A stretch of 64,000 bases of DNA, taken from NCBI GenBank assembly GCA_021161465.1, contig JAGHAM010000036.1, forward strand, positions 13,512-77,511. Reading direction: 5' to 3'. Below are positions 9,925 to 23,918 of this stretch, one piece after another (within the stretch, counting starts at the first letter, position 1; every line of letters starts with the position of its first letter). Source of the DNA: Candidatus Iainarchaeum sp. GTDB taxonomy: Archaea > B1Sed10-29 > WALL01 > JAGHAM01. The notes beneath the pieces were generated by a model that saw only the letters and a program-made list of their open reading frames with translations, was not told the origin of the DNA and searched no databases. Both the position numbers and the translations under genes were made by a program.

Positions 9925-10880
9925 CATTCCCACTCTATGGTCCCAGGCGGCTTGCTGGTTATATCATAAACTACACGGTTTACTTTGTCCTTCATAGTGT
10001 TTGTTATCCTTATAGATATCTTATGAAGAACCTCATGCGGCACGTGCGAGTAATCTGCGGTCATCCCATCAGTGGAATCAACAGCTCGCACAGAAATCAC
10101 ATAACCATAGGCCCGGGTATCTCCATGCACGCCAACACTCTTTATAGGCATAAGGACAGCAAAATACTGCCACGGGAGTTTCATTTTTCCTTCTTCCGCA
10201 GCTTTTTCCAGTTCCTCTTCCACTATTGCACAGGCTTCCCTAACTATCTCTATTTTTTCTTCGGTTACCTCACCCAATACTCTTACTGCAAGCCCCGGTC
10301 CAGGAAATGGCTGCTTTGAGTATACCTCTTTTGGAATCCCAAGGTATTCGGCAACGCGCCTCACTTCATCTTTGTAGAGGTCCCTCACTGGTTCAATTAA
10401 CTTTAAGTTCATCCTCTCAGGCAGGCCCCCCACATTGTGATGGCTCTTTATAGTGTCTCTTAGCTGACCACCACTTTCAATCCAGTCCGGTGCTAGTGTG
10501 CCCTGTGCGAGATATTTTGCTTTAACCTTTTTAGCTTCCTTCTCAAATATCCTTATGAACAGTTCACCGATTATCTTCCTTTTCTTCTCTGGCTCGACAA
10601 CATCGTGGAGGGCATCGATGAAATCTCTTTTTGCATCTATGACCTTAAGGGGTATGCCAAGCGATTCAAACATCTTGCTAACCTGTTCAGGTTCGTTTTT
10701 TCTCATCATCCCAGTGTCAACAAATATGCATTTTAAGTTTTTTCCAATGGCTTTATGCAGTAGAACCGCTGTGACCGTGCTGTCTACCCCGCCAGAGCAA
10801 GCTATTATTGTTGGCCCGTCGATAGTTTCCTGCAGTTGTTTTATGCTCTCGTCCACAAATTTCTCAGGCTCAAACATCAA
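9924..10880 (-). CDS. guaAB: GMP synthase ATP-pyrophosphatase subunit B
   Basis: PP-loop SGGVDSTV plus GMP synthase C-terminal dimerisation region. Confidence 0.9.
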   Translation of the reverse strand: MMFEPEKFVDESIKQLQETIDGPTIIACSGGVDSTVTAVLLHKAIGKNLKCIFVDTGMMRKNEPEQVSKMFESLGIPLKVIDAKRDFIDALHDVVEPEKKRKIIGELFIRIFEKEAKKVKAKYLAQGTLAPDWIESGGQLRDTIKSHHNVGGLPERMNLKLIEPVRDLYKDEVRRVAEYLGIPKEVYSKQPFPGPGLAVRVLGEVTEEKIEIVREACAIVEEELEKAAEEGKMKLPWQYFAVLMPIKSVGVHGDTRAYGYVISVRAVDSTDGMTADYSHVPHEVLHKISIRITNTMKDKVNRVVYDITSKPPGTIEWE

Positions 10881-11751
10881 GTTCCCTCCCAGTTAACCTC
10901 TTGTATATATCCAGATATCTCCTGCTGGTTTCGGATACAACTTCCTCTGGCAGCTCTGGTGCAGGCGGCTCCCTGTTCCAACTGCTTTTCAACAAGTACT
11001 GCCTCAGATACTCTTTATCCAATGATTCTGGGGCGGTACCTAGTTCATACCTGTCCATTGGCCAGAACCGTGAGGAGTCAGGAGTCAGGAGTTCATCTAT
11101 GAGAATAAGCTCGCCATCAACCCTACCAAATTCAAACTTCGTGTCAGCTATTATTATACCTCTTTTTTCAGCGTATTCACTCGCCTTTAAGTATATCTCA
11201 ATACTTTTCTCCTTGAGTTCTTTAGCTGTTTCCTTTCCGACAATAGCCTCAAGCTGTTCCATGGAAATGTTCTCATCATGACCGGATGTAGCTTTCGTTG
11301 ATGGTGTGAAAAGGGGTTCTTCAAACTTTTCTGCCTCCTTCAAACCTTTTGGCAACTTAATCCCACATATCTCACCTGTCTTCTTGTAGCTCCTCCAACC
11401 AGAGCCAGCAAGGTACCCCCTAATTACACACTCAACTGGCAGGGGCTCGCTTTTCTTTACTATTATGCTCCTATTTCTTAGCTCGTCAAAACGGGCTTCT
11501 TGAGGAAACTTCTCAAAATCGGATTCCAGGATATGGTTGTTTATGACATCTTTCATTTTGTTAAACCAGAACAAAGATAACTGATTTAGGCATTTGCCCT
11601 TGTGTGGGATTCCCGTTGGAAATACAACATCAAAAGCCGATATCCTATCAGTAGCTATGAACAACAGGTTATCCCCTATTTCGTATATGTCCCTCACTTT
11701 GCCACGTTTCCACAACTTAAGCGGAATTTTTGTTTCAAGTAATACATCCAT
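10870..11751 (-). CDS. purC: phosphoribosylaminoimidazole-succinocarboxamide (SAICAR) synthase
   Basis: [15 protein letters not shown] motif. Start trimmed to MDVLLETK to avoid overlap with purQ. Confidence 0.85.
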   Translation of the reverse strand: MDVLLETKIPLKLWKRGKVRDIYEIGDNLLFIATDRISAFDVVFPTGIPHKGKCLNQLSLFWFNKMKDVINNHILESDFEKFPQEARFDELRNRSIIVKKSEPLPVECVIRGYLAGSGWRSYKKTGEICGIKLPKGLKEAEKFEEPLFTPSTKATSGHDENISMEQLEAIVGKETAKELKEKSIEIYLKASEYAEKRGIIIADTKFEFGRVDGELILIDELLTPDSSRFWPMDRYELGTAPESLDKEYLRQYLLKSSWNREPPAPELPEEVVSETSRRYLDIYKRLTGRELDV

Positions 11752-11761
11752 TTCATTCACC

Positions 11762-12511
11762 CTAAAACTTGCTTGCGTATTTAACAAACCCCCTGAAAAA
11801 CTGTAGGCCGTCGCCCTCTTCATTGATTTTTCCTCTCGTCCAGCTTGGGTGCATCCACCCATGGACAAACCTTTCTGGATGTGGCATCATTCCAAACACA
11901 TTACCTTCTGGATTGCTAACTCCTGCAATGTTTTCAACAGAGCCATTTGGATTCTCAACGTATTTAAACACTATTTGCTTGTTGGAGTTCATCTCTTTTA
12001 TGGTTTCCTTATCCACTATAAATCTTCCTTCTGCATGGGCAATTGGCAGGTATACCCCCTTTTTCACATCTTGTAGGAACTTGCAGGCATGGTTCTTTAC
12101 TGGCTTTAGGTGAACCCATTCATCCTTGAATACCCCGCTATCATTGAATGCAAGTGTGGCATCCTGTTTTATGAATGGCCCATCTATAGCAGGTAGCAGC
12201 CAAGATTTTACGAGGGCCTGGAAGCCATTGCATATGCCCATTATTGGCTTTCCCTCTTCTACGAAAGCCCTGACTTCATTACCCATAAGATATTTTATCT
12301 GGTTTGCTAGTATCACGCCTGCGGATATATCATCACCATGGGAGAATCCTCCAGGTATTATGAGGCCCTGGTAATCCTCTATGCCTTTCTGACCTTTCAT
12401 CAGCGCGTTTATGTGGACTAGTTCAGGCTCAGCACCAGCTAGCCTGAGGGCATTGGCTGTTTCCAGTTCGCAGTTTGTTCCCTCAACTCGAAGTACCAGC
12501 ACTTTTACCAT
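11762..12511 (-). CDS. purQ: phosphoribosylformylglycinamidine synthase I (glutaminase subunit)
   Basis: MVKVLVLRVEGTNCE... GICNGFQ catalytic Cys and HAEGRF/HPER His motifs. Confidence 0.85.
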   Translation of the reverse strand: MVKVLVLRVEGTNCELETANALRLAGAEPELVHINALMKGQKGIEDYQGLIIPGGFSHGDDISAGVILANQIKYLMGNEVRAFVEEGKPIMGICNGFQALVKSWLLPAIDGPFIKQDATLAFNDSGVFKDEWVHLKPVKNHACKFLQDVKKGVYLPIAHAEGRFIVDKETIKEMNSNKQIVFKYVENPNGSVENIAGVSNPEGNVFGMMPHPERFVHGWMHPSWTRGKINEEGDGLQFFRGFVKYASKF

Positions 12512-14856
12512 TTGATAGTCCCACCCCATGCTCTTTTCAGTGAACTCAGCGCTTCGCTTACGACTACTCCTTTCGAGCCCCTGACAACAACTTTCTTTTG
12601 TTTTGTTACCTCACCAATTTTAGCAAAACTGTTTCCCCCCATGACAGCTTCAAAGTCTTTTGCATTCTTCTTGCTGACTTCTACTATGAATCTGCTGTTT
12701 GACTCTGAAAACAGTATTTTATCATCCGTTTTGATTCTCTCGCCCAACGGAACTTTCTTGAGGTTAATCTTTGCACCAAGGCCGCCCGCGAATCCCATCT
12801 CCGAAACAGCGACACCAATCCCACCCTCAGAGCAGTCGTGGCAGGAGGCGACTAATCCACGGTCCATAGCCTCTGTTAGCGCATCCATGGATTTTTTTGC
12901 TTCCTTAAGGTTTACAGTTGGAACTTTTCCACCTTTTGTGCCATTGACCATAAGGTAATGAGAGCCTCCCAGTTCATCGTAAGTCTTGCCAACTATGTAG
13001 ATGTAGTTCCCAGCCTTTTTGAGATCCATGGTGATAGCCGTTCTAACGTCAGGGATTATCCCAATGGCAGTTATTACAAGTGTGTGTGGAATTGAAATTG
13101 TTTTCCCCTTGTAGACATATTCATTATGCAGGCTGTCTTTTCCTGATATGAAAGGAGCACTGAATCCTTTTGCGCCGTCATAGCACGCGCGGCTTGCCTC
13201 GATGAGTGCACCCATAACTTCTGGTTTCTCTGGGTTGCCCCAGCTGAAATTATCAAGGAGTGCGATTCTCCTCCCTCCACAAGCTACGTTATTTCGCATG
13301 GCTTCATCTATGGCTGATAACGCCATGTTATAGGGGTCTTCCGAGTATTTAGAATTAAAGCCATTTGATACTACAATCCCTCTCCAACTATCGTATAGGG
13401 GTTTCAGCACGGTTGCATCGCCCGGACCAAAACCAACACCTTGAAGAGGCTTTACAATCGTCCTCCCCTGAACTTCATGGTCATACTGTCTTATGACCCA
13501 TTCTTTGCTTGCAACATTTGGAGATGCAAGGATTTTCTTAAGGTCTTCACCGAGTTTTTTCTTCCTTGGCAATTTAGGTATAACCTCCTTCGGCTTCTTC
13601 CATTTAGCGGTTCTTGCGATAGCTGGCGTGTCATGTAGGAATCCCGCGTCGAGCTCTCCAACTATTTCTTCATCATAGTAGAGAATTAGCCGCTTGTCTG
13701 CCCTGAACTCACCAATGAAAGTGGCCTCGCATCCTTCGTTTTCAAATATCTCTTTTATCCTTTCCTTGTTTTCTGGTGGAACAGCTAAAATCATCCTTTC
13801 CTGGGATTCAGAAATCCATATTTCCCATGGTTTAAGCCCGCTGTATTTCAGCGGCACCCTATCGAGGTGCACGTTTGCACCAAGATTCTTAGCCATTTCA
13901 CCTACAGCTGAAGACAGTCCACCTCCTCCGCAGTCAGTGACAGCACTGTATAATGGTCTGCTGCCGGCATCTCGGGCTTTAAGCAAGCCATCAAGAACGA
14001 CTTTTTCCTTTATGGGATTTCCTATCTGCACCGCTCCGCTGGAGGTTTCTTCAGAGCTATCCTCAAGCTCAACACTTGCGAAAGTTACACCATGAATGCC
14101 ATCCCTACCGGTTTTGCCGCCAACGAGCAGGATAAGGTCTTTTGGTTTGGGGTTATAGACATATCTTTCTATAGGCATTATCCCAATGCATCCTGCATAA
14201 ACCAGCGGGTTTCCCACATAACCATCGTCAAAGGCCACAGCGCCATTGGCAGTAGGTATGCCCATCCTATTGCCATAGTCTCTTATTCCAGCGACTGAGC
14301 CCTTAAACAGTCTTTTCGGGTGCATGGTTCCTGGTGGAAGCTTGTCATAAGGATAATCCAGCGGACCAAAGAATAACACATCAGTGGACAATATTGGCTT
14401 TGCACCAACACCCATTACATCCCTGAATACCCCTCCAGAGCCAGTTCCAGCTCCACCGTAAGGGTCTAATGCAGTTGGGTGGTTATGGGTTTCAACTTTA
14501 GCTGCTATTGCATACTTCCCATCAAAATCGATTATCCCTGCGTTGTCTTTGAAGACCGACAAGCACCAGGGGTGGTTTAACTCCTCAGTTGCTTTGAATA
14601 TGAAGCTTTTAAAGAGGCTCTCTATCTCGCCTTTTGGGGTTTTTATGGTGGCTTTGAACGTCTTGTGCACGCAGTGCTCAGACCATGTTTGTGCAATGGT
14701 CTCAAGCTCAATGTCAGTTGGGTTCCTCCCCATCCTTACATAGTATTCACGGATTTTTTTCATTTCATCTAAAGTCAGTGAGAGAAGCCCCTTCTTACTT
14801 AATTCCATGAGCTCCTCATCAGTTGCGTCAACTATGTTTATTTCCTTGGCAATCAT
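12505..14856 (-). CDS. purL: phosphoribosylformylglycinamidine synthase II
   Basis: 783 aa. TWSEHCVHKTF and duplicated AIRS-like domains. Confidence 0.9.
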   Translation of the reverse strand: MIAKEINIVDATDEELMELSKKGLLSLTLDEMKKIREYYVRMGRNPTDIELETIAQTWSEHCVHKTFKATIKTPKGEIESLFKSFIFKATEELNHPWCLSVFKDNAGIIDFDGKYAIAAKVETHNHPTALDPYGGAGTGSGGVFRDVMGVGAKPILSTDVLFFGPLDYPYDKLPPGTMHPKRLFKGSVAGIRDYGNRMGIPTANGAVAFDDGYVGNPLVYAGCIGIMPIERYVYNPKPKDLILLVGGKTGRDGIHGVTFASVELEDSSEETSSGAVQIGNPIKEKVVLDGLLKARDAGSRPLYSAVTDCGGGGLSSAVGEMAKNLGANVHLDRVPLKYSGLKPWEIWISESQERMILAVPPENKERIKEIFENEGCEATFIGEFRADKRLILYYDEEIVGELDAGFLHDTPAIARTAKWKKPKEVIPKLPRKKKLGEDLKKILASPNVASKEWVIRQYDHEVQGRTIVKPLQGVGFGPGDATVLKPLYDSWRGIVVSNGFNSKYSEDPYNMALSAIDEAMRNNVACGGRRIALLDNFSWGNPEKPEVMGALIEASRACYDGAKGFSAPFISGKDSLHNEYVYKGKTISIPHTLVITAIGIIPDVRTAITMDLKKAGNYIYIVGKTYDELGGSHYLMVNGTKGGKVPTVNLKEAKKSMDALTEAMDRGLVASCHDCSEGGIGVAVSEMGFAGGLGAKINLKKVPLGERIKTDDKILFSESNSRFIVEVSKKNAKDFEAVMGGNSFAKIGEVTKQKKVVVRGSKGVVVSEALSSLKRAWGGTIKW

Positions 14857-15324
14857 CTAGACCCTCACATATCGGTAATTATGAATTAGTGGGTTACAAA
14901 GGACCTTTTCGCAAACAGTCCTCAGTTCGCTCTCTGTTAACTTTCCTTTGATGATGTAACTGAATGCACTTTCAACACGTTCAACACCATGTATCCCAAT
15001 TAGTGCCATAGCTTTCATCGCGCTTTCCCCAACAGCATCGGTGACACCCGTTTTGCTTTTGACCTGAACCAGCCAAGCATTTTTTTCAGTTATGAGCTTA
15101 AGGCTATCTCCTTCATGCGTGTATGAGAAATCTTGTGTTATTGGGTCAACAAACAACTCTTTACATGCTCTTAGGATTTCTGGCTCGCCTACTGTCCCAT
15201 ATATGAAGTAGACATACATGGTTTCAACACGTTCTACATGGAGCCTAAGGTCATGTATCTCACCTTTTTTCATAATGCCTATTGGGTCATAATCAGGTCG
15301 TTTGTACGTTACACCAACTATCAA
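14857..15324 (-). CDS. purS: PurS-like protein, apparent tandem duplication of the PurS fold
   Basis: 155 aa, about twice PurS length. Second half (VQVKSKTGVTDAVGESAMKAMALIGIHGVERVESAFSY...CEKVLCNPLIHNY) matches the PurS pattern. Sits between purL and purM. Confidence 0.6.
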   Translation of the reverse strand: MIVGVTYKRPDYDPIGIMKKGEIHDLRLHVERVETMYVYFIYGTVGEPEILRACKELFVDPITQDFSYTHEGDSLKLITEKNAWLVQVKSKTGVTDAVGESAMKAMALIGIHGVERVESAFSYIIKGKLTESELRTVCEKVLCNPLIHNYRYVRV

Positions 15325-15336
15325 GAAAATTTCCCC

Positions 15337-16368
15337 CTAAAGCACCAATTCCTTGGTCTTGTATTTTACCACTATCTTTTTCTGCGGTATCACCTTGCCT
15401 ATTATCTCAGGACCAAATTCATCGCCAATCATATCAACACATCTCACCGCATCCTCACGATTTACCACTAGGGCAAAACCCCATCCAAGGTTGAATGTCT
15501 TGAACATCTCATCGTCAGCTATACCACCAATCTGCTGTATCAGTTCAAATATGGGCTGTGGATGAAAGTTGTCGAACTCAAACCCGACACCGAGTTTATG
15601 GAATTTCAGGTAAGCATCCCCTGTTATGTGGACAGCTCCTAAGACTTCTATTTCTTTCATGACTTTCATCACTGGTCTAACGTAAATTTTGGTTGGCTTG
15701 AGGACTTCATATATGAGCTCTTTGTCCAATGGCTCTGGCTTCTCAAAAGGGTCATACCTCCCACCCCACTCTTTGAATAAAACTTTCCTGACGAGACTTA
15801 TACCGTTGCTGTGGACACCAGAGCTTTTGAGTCCTATAACAACGTTACCTGGTTTTATCTTTGAGCCATCTACTATTTTCTCCTCTTTAACTTCTCCGAC
15901 GCAATCGCAGTTTATGTGATATTCAGCCTGCATCAGCTCGGGGACGTCAGCAGTCTCCCCACCTATCAATGGACACCCTGCTTCTGATGCCCCACTATTC
16001 AATCCTTTCAACAGTTCCCCAAAAAGCCCAGGCTCGCTTTTCTTTAGGTCGATTACATCTGTTATGGCAAGCGGTTCTGCACCGGAGCGTATGCAGTCAT
16101 TTGCGACCATAGCTACTGCATCTACACCAATAGTGTCGTGCTTCTCAGCAAGCTGGGCAAGCAGGACTTTCGTTCCAACACCATCTGACGTTTTTACCTG
16201 ATACCTACCATCACCAATAGGGTACAGAACGTTGAATGGCGTTTCAACAACAGGACCATACTTGCTGAATGAGTATGTTTCCTTTAACTCAACCAGATGC
16301 TTTTTTGCTTTCTCCCTTAACTTCCTGTCTACACCTGAATCAGAGTATGTTAAAGGCATTTTTCCCAC
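15337..16368 (-). CDS. purM: phosphoribosylformylglycinamidine cyclo-ligase (AIR synthase)
   Basis: SGVDRK..., VGTKVLLA, AIRS N/C domains. Confidence 0.9.
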   Translation of the reverse strand: MGKMPLTYSDSGVDRKLREKAKKHLVELKETYSFSKYGPVVETPFNVLYPIGDGRYQVKTSDGVGTKVLLAQLAEKHDTIGVDAVAMVANDCIRSGAEPLAITDVIDLKKSEPGLFGELLKGLNSGASEAGCPLIGGETADVPELMQAEYHINCDCVGEVKEEKIVDGSKIKPGNVVIGLKSSGVHSNGISLVRKVLFKEWGGRYDPFEKPEPLDKELIYEVLKPTKIYVRPVMKVMKEIEVLGAVHITGDAYLKFHKLGVGFEFDNFHPQPIFELIQQIGGIADDEMFKTFNLGWGFALVVNREDAVRCVDMIGDEFGPEIIGKVIPQKKIVVKYKTKELVL

Positions 16369-17690
16369 TTCCTCACGACTTCACGGGTTTTCTTCCTGGC
16401 AAGCCCTATGTAGTTCTCAGGTTTCATTATCTTGTCTAGCTCTTTTCTGCTTAGGTATTTCATGACAGTTTTATCCTTTGCCAGGACATCTTTCAATGGT
16501 ATGTCTTCCTTTAGGCTTTTCATGCTGGCTTTCCTCAGAAGTTCATGTGCTTCCTGCCTTTCAAGACCTTTAGCCGCTAGCAGGGTGGTTACTGCTTCAG
16601 CCATTATTCTGCCTTTGGTCAAGTCAAGGTTCTCCTTCATCTTCTCTGGGAATACTTGAAGGTTGTTTAGTACTCTTATCATACGGTCGGTCATGTCATC
16701 TAACAGCAGGAAGACTGTTGGGAACACCGAGCGCTCGGCGGCAGAGTTAGTCAAATCCCTCTCATGCTCAAGTGCAATATTCTCCAGGGCCGGCAGGACA
16801 CAGGAACGCACCACACGGGCGTTGCTGCATACGTTCTCACAGTTTATTGGGTTTCTCTTTTGTGGCATGGCTGAGCTACCAACCTGCTCTTTTCCGAACC
16901 CCTCACTTACTTCAGCGATTTCCGTTCGCTGCAGGTTCCTAATCTCCTTCGCGATTTGTTCCAGTGTGCCAGCCATTATTGCCATGTCAGAAACCAACAT
17001 TGCAATGTCCTCTCTTGGAACAACCTGCGTGCTTATTTCTGCTGCATCCAGGTCAAGCCTCTTCATTATTTTCCTCTCTATGCCAGCAACCCCAAACAGT
17101 TTTTGGGCAGCGTAAGTTCCGGTTGCCCCAGAGAATTTCCCCCTAAGGGAGAAGTAGTCACTCAGCAGGTTGTGCAAGTCATATCCAACTTTGTCAACGT
17201 AGTTGGCAAGCTTGAAACCAAAAGTTATTGGTGTCGCATGTTGACCATGGGTCCTACCCACCATCGCCGTGTTTTCATACTTTAGTGACAGGTCCATAAG
17301 CACCCTCATAAGGACTCTCCCTTTCTCCAGGAGGATAGTCAAGCCCTCCTTTAGCTGGAGAGCCAGGGCGGTGTCAACTATGTCATAGCTGGTTGCAGTT
17401 AAGTGAACATATCTTGCGGTTTTAGGTGAGCACTGTTCCGACAGAGCCTTCACCATTGCCATCACATCGTGTTTTGTCTTGCGCTCTATTTCCTTCACCC
17501 GCTCAAGCTTCACATTCTTTGCTTTTACTCTGATTTCCTTGGCAGCTGTTTTTGGTGCTTTTCCCATATCAGCAAGGGCTTCCACCAGCGCGACTTCAAC
17601 ATCCAGCATTCTCTTAAGTCTGGTTTCCTCGTCGAATACCCTTCTCATCTCTTCGGAGCCGTAACGATAGTCTATTGGATGAACACTCAT
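16350..17690 (-). CDS. purB: adenylosuccinate lyase
   Basis: [14 protein letters not shown] start and fumarase/ASL signature [11 protein letters not shown]. Confidence 0.9.
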   Translation of the reverse strand: MSVHPIDYRYGSEEMRRVFDEETRLKRMLDVEVALVEALADMGKAPKTAAKEIRVKAKNVKLERVKEIERKTKHDVMAMVKALSEQCSPKTARYVHLTATSYDIVDTALALQLKEGLTILLEKGRVLMRVLMDLSLKYENTAMVGRTHGQHATPITFGFKLANYVDKVGYDLHNLLSDYFSLRGKFSGATGTYAAQKLFGVAGIERKIMKRLDLDAAEISTQVVPREDIAMLVSDMAIMAGTLEQIAKEIRNLQRTEIAEVSEGFGKEQVGSSAMPQKRNPINCENVCSNARVVRSCVLPALENIALEHERDLTNSAAERSVFPTVFLLLDDMTDRMIRVLNNLQVFPEKMKENLDLTKGRIMAEAVTTLLAAKGLERQEAHELLRKASMKSLKEDIPLKDVLAKDKTVMKYLSRKELDKIMKPENYIGLARKKTREVVRKWEKCL

Positions 17691-18154
17691 TTTCTCACCT
17701 TCTCGTCAGACTTCTCAACCTTCTCTCGCATCTTCGCGCGATAGTCTTCCAACTTCTCCCTCAGCTCGGGATGCTTTAAAGCCAAGATTTCTACAGCAAG
17801 TAACGCTGCGTTATCGCCTCGATCAACACCAACGGTAGCTACCGGTATCCCTGGCGGCATCTGCATTATTGACAACAATGCGTCCAATCCCTCTAACTTT
17901 GCATTCACAGGGACACCAATTACAGGCTTCGTCGTATGAGCTGCAACTACTCCAGGTAGAGCAGCAGCAAGCCCAGCGATTGCTATAAAAACATTAGCGT
18001 CAGATTCCTTTACAATCTTTTCAAGTTTTTCCGGAGTCCTATGCGCGGACGCCACCCTTATCTCATTTGAAATTTCAAAAGCGTTTAAAACAGAGATGCA
18101 TTTGTCTGCTACGGGTTTGTCCGACTCCGAACCAAGAATAATAAGAACTTTCAT
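17687..18154 (-). CDS. purE: N5-CAIR mutase / AIR carboxylase catalytic subunit
   Basis: [12 protein letters not shown]...ASAHRTP...[13 protein letters not shown] motifs. Start at internal Met. The N-terminal 25 codons of the ORF are treated as spurious. Confidence 0.85.
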   Translation of the reverse strand: MKVLIILGSESDKPVADKCISVLNAFEISNEIRVASAHRTPEKLEKIVKESDANVFIAIAGLAAALPGVVAAHTTKPVIGVPVNAKLEGLDALLSIMQMPPGIPVATVGVDRGDNAALLAVEILALKHPELREKLEDYRAKMREKVEKSDEKVRK

Positions 18155-18303
18155 CAAATCCCCCACAGGTTTTGTTATAGTGCCTAGGGTTTTTATAATT
18201 TTGTTTGTGGTTAGTTGGCATAGTCCCAAAACGAGTGGAAGCGCCTTAGGGCGGTGGAAAACGGGTTTAGTTGATACAACTGACGGGTTAAGGATAAAGG
18301 CAA

Positions 18304-19566
18304 TTAGTGAGGCACTTTTCTTCCCTTTGTTTTGAAACCATGTTTGGATAAGTTCCTCAATCGTTTTATTGGGCAGTAACTATCGCACATTGAACAAGGG
18401 TTTTCATTCGTTAGCCTGTATCTCTCAAGCTTTGATGGGTCTATGGCATACTTGTGTTGTACGCTCCAGTTTAGTTCAGAGCGCGCTTTTGACATACTGT
18501 GGTCCTTGCCTATATCTATACCCCTAGTTATATCAGCAGCGTGGGCAGCTATCTTTGATGCCACCACACCAAGCCTAACGTCATCTTTTCCAGGCAAACC
18601 CATATGCTCTGATGGGGTTACGTAGCAAAGGAAGTCGGCACCATAGAATGCGGCTAAGGCACCGCCAATAGCCCCAACAATGTGGTCGTAGCCGACACCT
18701 ATGTCAGTCACCAGCGGGCCTAAAACATAGAAAGGCGCGCCTGAACACAGTTTTTTCTCAAGTGCAACATTCTTTTCTATACCATCTAATGGTATGTGCC
18801 CCGGCCCTTCCACCATGGTTTGTACACTAGCTTTTCTGGCTCTTTTCACAAGCTTCCCAAGTATTTCAAGCTCTTTCAGCTGTGCTTTGTCAGTTGCATC
18901 GTATATCGCGCCAGGCCTTAGCCCATCACCAAGACTCAATGTGGCGTCATACTTCTTTGCCAACTCTAAAAGATAGTCAAAGTTCTCGTAAAGAGGGTTC
19001 TCCTCGCCAGTTTTTAGTATATACTCTGCTATAAGCCCCCCTCCTCTACTGACAACAGGAATCATCCTCTTATTCCTCTTTAAAACACCAACACTTTCTT
19101 TAGTTACACCACAATGAACCGTTACAAAATCAACGCCATCTTTAAGGTGCCTCTCAACAGCCTTGAAGACACAGTCTTCGCTTATGCTCCTACAGTCATA
19201 GACGGGAACAGTCCCTAACGGGGCTTTAACTGACTTTATCACAGCCTTCCTGGTCTTACGCGCTTTTGAACCAATGCTTAAGTCCATGATTGTATCGGCG
19301 CCATAGGACACTGCCGTTAATGCTTTTTTCACCTCGGTTGCAGTGTTGCTGCGCGTTTCTGAAACGCCAATGTTGGCATTGACTTTCACCCGCAGGCCTT
19401 TCCCCACCCCTACAACAGGGATATCTCTCACTACGTTCTTTAAAACAACAATCCTACCAGCAGCTATTTCCTTCTTTAGGAATTTGCGAGTAACTCCTTC
19501 TTTTTTTGCCAGCTCGTTGACCTCAGGGCTAGTCTGCCCTCTCTTTGCCTCAACCATTTGTAGCAT
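18304..19566 (-). CDS. thiC: phosphomethylpyrimidine synthase
   Basis: ThiC core (NANIGVSE..., YVTPSEH) and C-terminal CxxCxxxxC cluster (CSMCDSYC). Confidence 0.9.
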   Translation of the reverse strand: MLQMVEAKRGQTSPEVNELAKKEGVTRKFLKKEIAAGRIVVLKNVVRDIPVVGVGKGLRVKVNANIGVSETRSNTATEVKKALTAVSYGADTIMDLSIGSKARKTRKAVIKSVKAPLGTVPVYDCRSISEDCVFKAVERHLKDGVDFVTVHCGVTKESVGVLKRNKRMIPVVSRGGGLIAEYILKTGEENPLYENFDYLLELAKKYDATLSLGDGLRPGAIYDATDKAQLKELEILGKLVKRARKASVQTMVEGPGHIPLDGIEKNVALEKKLCSGAPFYVLGPLVTDIGVGYDHIVGAIGGALAAFYGADFLCYVTPSEHMGLPGKDDVRLGVVASKIAAHAADITRGIDIGKDHSMSKARSELNWSVQHKYAIDPSKLERYRLTNENPCSMCDSYCPIKRLRNLSKHGFKTKGRKVPH

Positions 19567-19580
19567 TAGCTCACCCCTAA

Positions 19581-21836
<2,256 letters not shown>

Positions 21837-21840
<4 letters not shown>

Positions 21841-23096
21841 AGAACCAACAGACTAGCATATAATGCAATGCTGAAGACCGTTGCACCCGCCAACATATCC
21901 AGGAAAGAGTCCTTGATGATTTCAAGTGCTTTGTAAAACCACATTAAAGGTATTGCCCCAAACAAAAGCTCACTTAACGAAGCGGCAGCAAACCCAACCA
22001 CAACCATGTCAGCAGTTATGGCCTTGGTGCTACCCAGTATAGCCAATGAGGCAACCGTCGAGGCGCCGCTTACTAGGCCGCCAAGTATTATCGTAGGTAT
22101 GAATGCATCCGGGAAATAATGCGTGAATAGCTCGATTATGATTATCATGAGAAATAACTTTATCGAAAGCCCAATGGCGTGCATCACGTCGAAAGGAGAC
22201 TTAATCTTTAGCACTGTTTTTTTAGAGCTTCTCAACCTCCTGTAACCTAGCAGGGCAAGTGCAAAAAAGCCCAGGAAGGCAGCCGGGGAGAGTTTTACAA
22301 TCAGCACAGGCATGAATACGCCCACTAGAGCTAGGTTCCTCAGCAGAATTGAAGCGTTCAATGTTATCAGCGACCCCCCAACAAGATTTATATCCTTGGT
22401 TTTCTTGTAGATTTGGATTAACGGGCTGCAGCTTGCCTTCTGGCTTATTAGCCCCCCCAGGAAACCAATCAGTTCGACACATTTCCTTGCGGTTAGTAGT
22501 CTTGAGCCTATGAAGCCGACTAGGTTTATGATTGAGATTAACACAACCAGCAGCCACAACGAACGTAGGTCAAGACTTATGCCAGCGAAGTTGATTGGTG
22601 CTAGGGGTATGAATGGGTAAACTATGCCAATGACCACCATGAACTCAATAAGGTCCAGCATCTCCTTCTGGGTTAAGTGCCTGACTACTCTGTGGAGTTT
22701 CTCCCTTGCGAATAAGATTAAAACAACGATGACCGCTATGAAAACTGCTTCCGCATAACAGTTTATGGAAACGAGGGCACCCATGGCATATGCTAGTAGA
22801 AGCGATATTGTTGTTGTCAGGCCTATCTCCTGAAACTTAAATAGGTTGCCGATATAGAGAGCCAGAGCTAGAAGCCCAATAGCAAGAAAGCCAAGTACAG
22901 GCAGGTAATCAGCACTCATCAGTTCCGGTCCAGCTAGAATGCCTAGGACGCATCCAAGGAGGGAGATAAGCGAGAAGGTTCTAAGCCCAGCTATCTCCTG
23001 GTGTTTTGAATGCTCCCTTTCGAGCCCCATCAGCGCGCCTATCAATGTTGCCAGGACTATCTTTTGGGTAAATTCAAGTCCGATTAGAAAATCCAT
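21837..23096 (-). CDS. MgtC/SapB-family membrane protein with C-terminal DUF4010-like extension
   Basis: MgtC N-terminal signature (ATLIGALMGLEREHS...AGLRT) and multiple TM helices. Confidence 0.6.
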
Positions 23097-23100
23097 TCAA

Positions 23101-23874
23101 TCACTGTTTCGCGTTTTTGATTGCGTTCTTGAATTTTTGTACAGTTTCCTTAACGTTTTTGTTCCCTTCCATCAGCGTACCTATCTGGATTGCATTAGCT
23201 CCTGCCTTCACTATGTTTTTAGCTTCATCAAGTTTTCTTATTCCACCGCCAACTATGTAGGGAACATCTATGGTCTCTGCCACTGCCTTCACCATCTCAA
23301 TTGGCATTGGCCCCTGTGGGCTTGCCGAGCCGCAATCAGTTAGTATGAACCTGTTTCCCATATACTGGCCAGCCAGGGCGAGGGCAGCGGCTATGTTTGG
23401 TCTCCAGCGTGGGACCAGATTGGCATTTCCAACCCACCCAACGCTTCCACCTGGCTCTATTACTATGTAGCCAGTTGGTAATGGCTCAAGGCCATAACTC
23501 TTTATCACAGGCGCGCTTATGGTCTGGGCTGTGGATAACCAGTAAGGGTCACGCGAGTTGAGCATAGTCATAAAGTAAATGGAGTCTGCATGCTTTGTTA
23601 TGGTTGCAACGTTTCCAGGGAACAGGTTTATCGGCACGTTTACGTTTTCCCGTATAAGCTTGGTTGTTGTGTCAAGTAACTCACCCTGTGCACCTATGCT
23701 ACCCCCAACAAGGATGAGGTCCGCCCCGCCCTCAACACTTTCTTTCGCAACCTGTGCAGCGACATCCGGGCTAGGATGGTCACACGGGTCGATTAAAATC
23801 ATGAGCATGCCTTCTCCCCGTTCTTTGTAGTCACCTATGTAACGCTCCACTTTGCCTGGTTTCATCAAATTCAC
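23101..23874 (-). CDS. geranylgeranylglyceryl phosphate synthase (PcrB/GGGPS family)
   Basis: TIM-barrel GGGPS motifs (LILVGGS, IVGGGIR). Archaeal ether-lipid enzyme. Confidence 0.8.
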   Translation of the reverse strand: MNLMKPGKVERYIGDYKERGEGMLMILIDPCDHPSPDVAAQVAKESVEGGADLILVGGSIGAQGELLDTTTKLIRENVNVPINLFPGNVATITKHADSIYFMTMLNSRDPYWLSTAQTISAPVIKSYGLEPLPTGYIVIEPGGSVGWVGNANLVPRWRPNIAAALALAGQYMGNRFILTDCGSASPQGPMPIEMVKAVAETIDVPYIVGGGIRKLDEAKNIVKAGANAIQIGTLMEGNKNVKETVQKFKNAIKNAKQ

Positions 23875-23918
23875 CTTCTCAGCATAACTTTATATTTGAC
23901 CCATTAATATACTTAATC

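Noticed and set aside
18155-18303. Possible riboswitch/ncRNA between purE and thiC
   Set aside because: Only a short GCGCC..GGCGC hairpin and AT-rich promoter-like sequence. No resemblance to purine or TPP riboswitch cores, which are also rare in archaea.
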